From NCBI GenBank assembly GCA_017456985.1, contig JAFTIH010000031.1:130421-192710 (forward strand): 62,290 nucleotides of DNA, given 5' to 3'. The position numbers were made by a program, and so were the translations under genes. The stretch's first letter is position 1. Every line of letters begins with the position of its first letter. This document shows positions 57,702 to 62,290 of this stretch, one piece after another. This DNA comes from Clostridia bacterium (GTDB lineage Bacteria; Bacillota; Clostridia; Oscillospirales; CAG-272). Below the pieces are notes generated by a model. The model did not search any database. It saw only the letters and a list, made by a program, of their open reading frames with translations, and had not been told where the DNA came from.

Positions 57702-58520
57702 TTAGTCACACCGAAACTGTTCCCATAAAAGAACCGACGCCGCAACGGATGCGTTGAGCGATTCTACGCCGTTGACGATGGGCAAATAGACCGATCCGTC
57801 GCAAGCGGCGGAAAGCGCGGCAGAAAGACCGTGTCCCTCGTTTCCGATAACGAAAACGTCCGACCCTTGCACCCCGATCGCGTGGATCGGCAGTGCGTGC
57901 TCGCGAAGCTCTGCCGCAAACACCCGACGCCCAAGGGCACGAAGCTGCTCTACGGCGCCCCGCTCGTTTTGCACCGTGATCGCACGGACGCGGAACAGCG
58001 ATCCCATCGCGGCACGAAGTACACGCGGATGGTAAAGATCGGCGGAATCCTCGGACAAAATCAGCGTATCCACCCCGAACGCGACGGCACTTCGCACGAT
58101 CGCACCCAGGTTTCCGGGATCGCGGACAGACGAAAGAAAGAGCGCACGCGCACCAACGTCGTCCTTATTTATTTTATCAGTTCTCACGAAAAAGTCAAGA
58201 TATTTTACCCCGGCAATGATGCCTTGGGGTGCCTTTTCGGTGGAAATTTTTTCAAAGCAGGCGTCGGAAAGCGTATATACCTCAAGCGCTTCGCTCTCAA
58301 GACAAGCAAGGCAACCGCGCTCCTCAAGTGCAGAAAAAACCGCGCTTTTTTTGCTTTCGCTTACGAAAACATGCGTAACGGGAAGTCCAAGCGAAAGCGC
58401 CTCGCAGACGAGCTTGACGCCCTCAACGAGGAAGGCTTCGTGCCGCTCACGATACTTTTTTTCCGCAAGAGAAGCCGCCCAAAGAACCGTCGGATTTTGG
58501 CGCGACGATATCTCCTTCAT
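57702..58520 (-). CDS. TrmH/SpoU family RNA 2'-O-methyltransferase
   Basis: ORF 57702..58670. The upstream part runs through two hairpins and into rplT. ATG 58520 (MKEISSRQNP) or TTG 58526 after GAGGTGG. SpoU motifs NLGAIVRS, IGNEGHG, ESLNASVA. Confidence 0.85.
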   Translation of the reverse strand: MKEISSRQNPTVLWAASLAEKKYRERHEAFLVEGVKLVCEALSLGLPVTHVFVSESKKSAVFSALEERGCLACLESEALEVYTLSDACFEKISTEKAPQGIIAGVKYLDFFVRTDKINKDDVGARALFLSSVRDPGNLGAIVRSAVAFGVDTLILSEDSADLYHPRVLRAAMGSLFRVRAITVQNERGAVEQLRALGRRVFAAELREHALPIHAIGVQGSDVFVIGNEGHGLSAALSAACDGSVYLPIVNGVESLNASVAASVLLWEQFRCD

Positions 58521-58666
58521 CTTCAAAAAAAACCACCTCTTTTTCCTATTTTTGGAAAGAGTTACGGGTAAAGCAAAATTCAAGAAGGCGTTTTTGTCCT
58601 TCTTGAATTCCCCTATAAAACCCGAAAAAGGATTGTCACGCGTGTGCGCAACAATCCCTTTTTGGA

Positions 58667-59020
58667 TCAAAGAGCAGCCTTTGCCTTCTCAACAAGTGCT
58701 GCGAATGCTTCCTTATCGGAAACGGCGATCTCTGCAAGCATCTTGCGGTTGAGGTCGATGCCTGCCTTCTTAAGGCCGTGTACCAGCTTGGAATAGTTGA
58801 TGCCGCATACCTTCGCCTGCGCGGAGATACGTGCGATCCAGAGAGAACGGAACTCTCTCTTCTTCATTTTGCGGCCTGCAAATGCGTAGTTGCCGCTCTT
58901 TGCAACAGCCTGCTTTGCCATCTTAAAGTGCTTGCTCTTTGCACCCCAATAGCCCTTAGCGGCCTTCAGAACACTCTTTCTTCTCTTGCGCGTCATCATT
59001 GCGCCTTTTACTCTTGCCAT
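58667..59020 (-). CDS. rplT: 50S ribosomal protein L20
   Basis: [26 protein letters not shown] canonical L20. Confidence 0.95.
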   Translation of the reverse strand: MARVKGAMMTRKRRKSVLKAAKGYWGAKSKHFKMAKQAVAKSGNYAFAGRKMKKREFRSLWIARISAQAKVCGINYSKLVHGLKKAGIDLNRKMLAEIAVSDKEAFAALVEKAKAAL

Positions 59021-59056
59021 TGTATGTCTTCCTCCTAATCTTTCTCTTTCGGTCGC

Positions 59057-59251
59057 TTACTTAATGATAAGCGTTCTGTAAACGGGTGCCATGCTCTCGC
59101 TGAGCGTTGCCTTACCGCGAAGCTGTCTCTTGCGCTTAGCCGTCTTGATACCGAGCTTGTGGCGACGGTTGCAGTGATTCATCTTGACCTTACCGCCGGC
59201 AGTAAGAGAAAATCTCTTCGCCGATGCTTTATGCGTCTTTACTTTTCCCAT
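59057..59251 (-). CDS. rpmI: 50S ribosomal protein L35
   Basis: MGKVKTHKASAKRF canonical L35. Confidence 0.95.
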   Translation of the reverse strand: MGKVKTHKASAKRFSLTAGGKVKMNHCNRRHKLGIKTAKRKRQLRGKATLSESMAPVYRTLIIK

Positions 59252-59301
59252 TGTTTTATTCTCCTTTTAAATTGTTTACGGCATTGCCGATTTTAAATGA
59301 T

Positions 59302-59835
59302 TTAATTTCCCGACTTCGAAGAAGCCTTCAGAGGAGAGATGATGACCGACATATAACGGCCCTCAAGCACTGCACCCTTCTCTGCGGCACCAAACTCGGC
59401 GCAGGCATCCTGGAACTTCTGCAAAACCTCGCGACCAAGGTCCATATGCGACATTTCGCGTCCCTTGAAGCGGACGACCGCCTTGACCTTGTTGCCTTCC
59501 TTTAAGAAGTTCTTTGCGTGATTGACACGAGTCTGAAAGTCATGAACGTCAATGCGACAGGAAAGCTGAACCTCCTTGAGCTTGGTGATCTGCTGCTTCT
59601 TCTTGGCTTCCTTTTCCTTTTTGTCACGCTCAAAACGGTACTTACCGTAATTCATCGCGCGACAAGCGGGAGGGGTTGCCGTAGCAGACATCAACACAAG
59701 ATCGAGATTTCTGGAATACGCATACTCTTTTGCTTCGTCAAGCGGCATAATGCCGAGCTGCTGTCCGTCCTCTCCTACCAAGCGAACCTCTTTCGCTTTG
59801 ATATCGTCATTGATGATTAATTCCTTCGTGCTAAT
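59302..59835 (-). CDS. infC: translation initiation factor IF-3 (ATT start)
   Basis: ORF 59302..59967. The IF-3 homology starts at STKELIINDDIKAKEVRLV. ATT at 59835 lies 4 nt after GGAGGTGCGG. Non-AUG starts are the rule for infC. Confidence 0.88.
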   Translation of the reverse strand: MSTKELIINDDIKAKEVRLVGEDGQQLGIMPLDEAKEYAYSRNLDLVLMSATATPPACRAMNYGKYRFERDKKEKEAKKKQQITKLKEVQLSCRIDVHDFQTRVNHAKNFLKEGNKVKAVVRFKGREMSHMDLGREVLQKFQDACAEFGAAEKGAVLEGRYMSVIISPLKASSKSGN

Positions 59836-60012
59836 CTTTCCGCACCTCCGTTTAAAAAATAAAAGCATGCAGATTACCCGCATGCACAAATCACCTTTCC
59901 ATCGCTTGAAGAAAGGAAATATAGTGACCGTACGCGCCTTCTGCGGTACGGTGAGTGCGTGAGGCAACTGCTTTTACTCAAGTATTATAGCACGCCGCCC
60001 TTACTTTGTCAA
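59836..60012 (-). promoter_or_regulatory. infC operon promoter (TTGACA-17-TGcTATAAT) and ~140-nt leader with terminator-like hairpin (L20-leader-type attenuator candidate)
   Basis: Minus strand: TTGACA (60012-60007), 17-nt spacer, TATAAT (59989-59984). Hairpin GCATGCGGG-TAA-TCTGCATGC (59885-59865) plus TTTTATTTTTT lies just before the infC SD. Confidence 0.45.
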
Positions 60013-60092
60013 CCCCTTTTTCAAATTTTTTCAATTTTTTTATCTTGCCTGAAATTCTCGTTTCTTTTTTGATTTTTTGTTCGCCAAAAACC

Positions 60093-60121
60093 TTGATTTT
60101 ATTTTATATATATGGTATAAT
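60093..60121 (+). promoter_or_regulatory. lon promoter (TTGATT-17-TGgTATAAT)
   Basis: TTGATT 60093-60098, 17-nt spacer, TG 60113-60114, TATAAT 60116-60121. Confidence 0.55.
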
Positions 60122-60196
60122 ATTTTGAAATAATGTCAACGCACATTATCCCGCCCCAGAGGCGACAAAAATAAAATCCTAAGGAAACCCAAAAAC

Positions 60197-62290
60197 ATGC
60201 CTAAAACCATTGAACGAGCAAAAGAATTAAACATACCGATGATCGCCGTCCGCGGCACGGTCGCGTTCCCGGGCGTACAGCTCAGTCTTGAGCTGATGCG
60301 TGAGGCGTCGATCGCGGCGTTCTCCATCGCCAACGAGCGCGAGGGCTTGATCTTTCTTCTGACCCAAAAGGATGCTGAGATCGACGAGCCCACCGCCAAG
60401 GACTTTTATCACGTCGGCACCGTATGCCACATCAAGCGCGTTACCCGTCTTGAGGACGGCGCACTGAACGTCGTCTTCGAGGGCATCTGCCGCGCGAAGG
60501 TATCCGAGATCCGTTTTGAGGACGACGCTTTCTTTGCCAAGGTCATCTGTAAAAGCTTCCACGTCGAGGAGGACGCCAGCGGCGACTCCGAGGAAAAGAT
60601 GCGCGCCGTATATGATCTTGCAAACGGTATTAAGAACATCCACCCCATTCTGACGGACGAGATCCTCAAAGCGGCATCTGCCCTGAAGGCTCCCGGTACC
60701 TTCAGCGACTTTATGGCGGCATCCGTGCTTCTAAATTACAAGAGCAAGCAACGCATTCTTGAAGTCTTTCATCCGCTGACGCGTCTTGACAGGCTTCTGC
60801 TGGTCGTCGAAGAGGAGATGGAGCTGATCCGTCTTGAGTTTGACATCCACAGACGGGTCAAGGAGCGCATTGACAACCATCAAAGAGAATATTTTCTGCG
60901 CGAGCAGGCAAAAGTGATTCAGCAGGAGCTTGGCGAGGACGACGACGAGATCGCCGAATATCACGCACGCATTGAAAAGGCAGATCTGCCCGATGAGGTG
61001 CGCGAAAAGCTCTTCAAAGAACTTTCCCGCCTTGCAAAAACACCCTTTGGCGCCGCAGAAAGTGCCGTTCTTCGCAGTTATCTTGATACCTGTCTTGAGC
61101 TACCTTGGAGCAAGAAGACCACGCAAAGCACGACCGTCAAGGCGGCTCGTGAGGTGCTCGACCGCGAACACGCAGGACTGGAAAAGATCAAAATCCGTAT
61201 TCTCGAATACATCGCCGTCAAGCAGATCGCTCCCGACGTGAAAAACCAGATCATCTGCCTCGTCGGACCTCCCGGTGTCGGTAAAACCTCCATCGCGGCT
61301 TCTATTGCCCGTGCGATGAAGCGCAAATACGCCCGCATTTCTTTGGGCGGCATTCGCGACGAAGCCGATATCCGCGGTCATCGCAAGACTTACGTGGGCG
61401 CGATGCCGGGACGCATCGCGGAAGCTATCACTTCGGCAGGCGTTTGCAACCCCGTTCTCGTGCTTGACGAGATCGACAAGCTCTCTTCCAGTATGCACGG
61501 CGACCCCGCATCCGCACTTCTTGAGGTGTTGGACCCCGAGCAAAACCGCTATTTCCGCGACCACTTCTTGGAGCTGCCGCTTGATCTTTCGGACACCGTA
61601 TTTATTGCAACGGCAAACAATTACGACGATATTCCCGTACCGCTTCTTGACCGTATGGAGATCATCCGTCTTTCTGCCTATACCCGTACAGAAAAACACG
61701 TTATCGCCACGCGTCACCTCATCCCCAAGCAGCTCACACGCCACGGTCTTACCCGTCGCACGCTCCGCTTTACGGACGAGGCTGTTGACGAATTGATCGA
61801 CTACTACACACGCGAGGCAGGCGTCCGCACGCTCGAGCGCGAGATTGCGTCCATCTGCCGCAAAGCGGCAATGCGCATCGCCGAGGGTGAGGCAAAGAGC
61901 GTGAAGATCACGCCCGCAACCGTGGGCGAGCTTCTCGGCAAGCGCAAATTTTTGCGCGAGGATCTGGAAGCAACCAATCCCGTGGGCGTTGTCAACGGAC
62001 TTGCTTATACGCAAAGCGGCGGCGACTTGCTCAAGGTGGAGGCTCTCGTTATGGAGGGCACGGGCAAGATCACGCTGACGGGTCAGCTCGGTGACGTGAT
62101 GAAGGAATCCGCTTCCCTTGCCGTCAGCTACATCCGTACGGTTGCCGATAAGCTCGGTATCCCCACAGACTTTTACAAAACGAAGGATCTTCATATTCAC
62201 TTTCCCGAGGGTGCCGTTCCCAAGGACGGACCGAGCGCGGGTGTGGCAATGACGTGTGCGCTTGCCAGCGCTCTTTCGGGTGCGCCCACG
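60197..62290 (+). CDS. lon: endopeptidase La (Lon protease), 3'-truncated by the window edge
   Basis: Not in the ORF track (no stop in window). Manual translation from ATG 60197 gives 698 codons: LON N-domain, Walker [10 protein letters not shown], Walker [10 protein letters not shown], protease site PKDGPSAG near the end. Confidence 0.92.
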   Translation, partial: MPKTIERAKELNIPMIAVRGTVAFPGVQLSLELMREASIAAFSIANEREGLIFLLTQKDAEIDEPTAKDFYHVGTVCHIKRVTRLEDGALNVVFEGICRAKVSEIRFEDDAFFAKVICKSFHVEEDASGDSEEKMRAVYDLANGIKNIHPILTDEILKAASALKAPGTFSDFMAASVLLNYKSKQRILEVFHPLTRLDRLLLVVEEEMELIRLEFDIHRRVKERIDNHQREYFLREQAKVIQQELGEDDDEIAEYHARIEKADLPDEVREKLFKELSRLAKTPFGAAESAVLRSYLDTCLELPWSKKTTQSTTVKAAREVLDREHAGLEKIKIRILEYIAVKQIAPDVKNQIICLVGPPGVGKTSIAASIARAMKRKYARISLGGIRDEADIRGHRKTYVGAMPGRIAEAITSAGVCNPVLVLDEIDKLSSSMHGDPASALLEVLDPEQNRYFRDHFLELPLDLSDTVFIATANNYDDIPVPLLDRMEIIRLSAYTRTEKHVIATRHLIPKQLTRHGLTRRTLRFTDEAVDELIDYYTREAGVRTLEREIASICRKAAMRIAEGEAKSVKITPATVGELLGKRKFLREDLEATNPVGVVNGLAYTQSGGDLLKVEALVMEGTGKITLTGQLGDVMKESASLAVSYIRTVADKLGIPTDFYKTKDLHIHFPEGAVPKDGPSAGVAMTCALASALSGAPT

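Noticed and set aside
59836-59967. ATG-initiated 221-aa version of infC
   Set aside because: The extra 44 residues are hydrophobic, non-homologous sequence running through the leader hairpin and U-tract. The SD sits in front of ATT 59835.

Overview
Core chromosomal segment of a spore-forming Firmicute. It looks Clostridia-like: spo0A, pro-sigma-K, the Prp/L27 processing pair and a long Bacillus-type SRP RNA upstream of dnaX-ybaB-recR. I call about 62 protein genes, nearly all housekeeping and tightly packed: trxB, pckG, efp, folD, lgt, dnaX, eno, galE, leuS, nadD, ftsY, smc, rnc, plsX, trmFO, topA, dprA, infC-rpmI-rplT and a partial lon. I also call 4 tRNAs (Arg-Gly-Arg cluster, Lys), the SRP RNA, rpsU (too short for the ORF track) and two edge-truncated CDSs. 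Many ORF-track entries are long antisense shadows of real genes, and I reject them. The one interval ordinary genes do not explain is 8111-9747, a 1.64-kb stretch with no credible ORF. It contains two perfect TTGACA-17-TGnTATAAT promoters, an intrinsic terminator that defines an ~80-nt transcript, and a ~170-nt rod-like hairpin whose G-U pairs only work on the + strand. It also contains a 124/126-nt direct repeat bracketing 1.1 kb, a perfect 18-nt homopurine mirror repeat inside C/G runs, and tandem GGAAA-type 8-mers. I read it as one or more unclassified non-coding RNA genes, or a non-coding element remnant, and cannot assign it to a known family from memory. Secondary observations: an EndoA/MazF-type toxin with no antitoxin gene; a pseudo-receiver OmpR-like regulator followed by a strong terminator abutting the sigK ribosome binding site; a DprA with a charged insertion; and a hyper-acidic Cys-rich zinc-ribbon protein. 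No CRISPR array, transposase, integrase or recognisable defence island was seen.
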